Part shown: positions 63,011 to 64,000 of the stretch, piece after piece
Layout: the number at the start of each line of letters is the position of its first letter
How positions within the stretch are numbered: position 1 is the stretch's first letter
Origin: Acipenser ruthenus
Lineage: Eukaryota
Length of the DNA stretch: 64,000 nt
Direction: 5' to 3'
Assembly (NCBI RefSeq): GCF_902713425.1
Contig: NC_081212.1
Span: forward strand, 10,100,261-10,164,260
Position numbers and translations under genes: made by a program
The notes under the pieces: generated by a model
Seen by the model: the letters and a program-made list of their open reading frames with translations, nothing else
Databases searched by the model: none
Told to the model about the DNA's origin: nothing

Positions 63011-64000
63011 TTCATTTATTTACTTGTGGAGGTAATTGTCAGATAAAAGGATTGAAAAATGAAACCCCACATTGTAGGATGGGGAGACTTATAACTAGTG
63101 ACCATTATATAAAAAAAATAAATAACGTTTGCTTATGTTAGATGCAAGAGAGCGAGACAGATAGATTTGCATCTTGGTATCCCATCACTCCTATGTGCAC
63201 CAAAGCAATGACGGTCTACACTTCAGTTCATATATAATCGGAATAAAAAAGTGGACTCTGTTGCATTGTGAGGCTGCAGTGTCGATAACATAAACCTCTA
63301 CGTTTGAGGGATCATTTAACTGTACTGTATTATATCGCAGTAACTTGCCCACCGGCAAGTCAAATGTCTTTGCTGTAGGGGGTAGCATTTAGTTATCCCA
63401 AGTTCTGTAGCTTTGCGCAGTGGCAGTATCATAGCCCATGAGGTTTGTCCGAGGCGTGATTATTGCTAGTTGAAAACTTTAACCAATACCCCGCCGTGGT
63501 GACTTGAAATATAGTCGCCGCTGGCAATTTTTGACAGTCTCACAGAGTCTGCTATCATGTAGTTGAAAGAACAGAACAAATGTTGACGCTTTGACATTCT
63601 GGGTTTGGTTTTGTATTCTACTGATTGGGCACAACATTTGAGTTGATCTTTTTACTCTTTATAACATACACGTGTATTTACAAGGTTAGGGGCCGTTTCT
63701 CCTGTTGTGTCAATTATATTACTATGCAGCTGGCAGGCATTCGGAACGCGCACGCTAACAACGCGTCATCTTTCATTTTACAAAACACGGGGCATTCGAC
63801 ACGGAGAAAACCTTCTAGACAAATACTAAAAGAGCTAAACATCAATTTGCCTCCCCAGCCATGTTAATAGATATCTGGCTTTTTTGCAGTAGCATTAAAG
63901 TTGTGGTGACACACGAAAAAGAAACACGGAAATCTGTTTTGGGGTTGGGGAGTTAACCTACCAAACAATTTACGCACATGAATATATCATGAAAACAGCC

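Larger units (their letters stand above)
36136..64000. repeat. Tandem array block 2: same 2.45-kb tRNA-Val unit (11 full units, 2 short 1.25-kb units)
   Basis: Same unit as block 1. The block runs past the window end. Confidence 0.95.

Noticed and set aside
5507-64000. CRISPR-like regular repeat structure
   Set aside because: The period is ~2.45 kb, with no short direct repeats or spacers. The sequence is eukaryotic, with Pol III tRNA genes and an LTR retrotransposon. It is not a CRISPR array.

Overview
This is eukaryotic DNA, not prokaryotic. Over 90% of the window is a tandem array of a ~2.45-kb unit carrying RNA polymerase III tRNA genes, interrupted twice by a Ty3/Gypsy-type LTR retrotransposon. 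Read along the + strand, each full unit has four tRNA-type elements. The first is a degenerate tRNA-Glu(TTC)-like relic on +. The second is a degenerate initiator-Met-like relic on -. The third and fourth are a head-to-head pair of apparently functional tRNA-Val genes: Val-AAC on - and, about 127 bp away, Val-CAC on +, each followed by a T7 terminator. I count 23 Val-CAC copies, 18 Val-AAC copies, 25 Glu-like relics and 20 iMet-like relics. Two deletion-variant unit types are interspersed with the full units: a ~1.25-kb type lacking Val-AAC and the iMet relic, and a ~1.52-kb type lacking both Val genes. The two retrotransposon copies are near-identical and ~4.6 kb long. Each has 261-bp TG...CA LTRs, a tRNA-Ser(GCU)-type primer binding site, and a single gag-pol ORF (CCHC zinc knuckle, DTGA protease, YLDD reverse transcriptase, RNase H, HHCC/DDE integrase). 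Copy 1 (873..5506) has both LTRs but a 2-bp frameshift in the integrase region. Copy 2 (31645..36135) has an intact 1306-aa ORF but lost 145 bp of its 5' LTR plus 271 bp of adjacent array in one 416-bp deletion. Both copies share the same 3' junction and the same LTR-specific SNPs, so they arose by duplication of a >=12-kb block (offset ~30.63 kb), not by independent insertion. The paralogous blocks are mosaic in places, which points to later gene conversion or unequal exchange. The short ORFs of 60 to 100 aa that recur in every unit are repeat artefacts. I found no novel protein-coding system. The overall organisation resembles the teleost (zebrafish chromosome 4-like) tRNA gene arrays, but that assignment is an inference.
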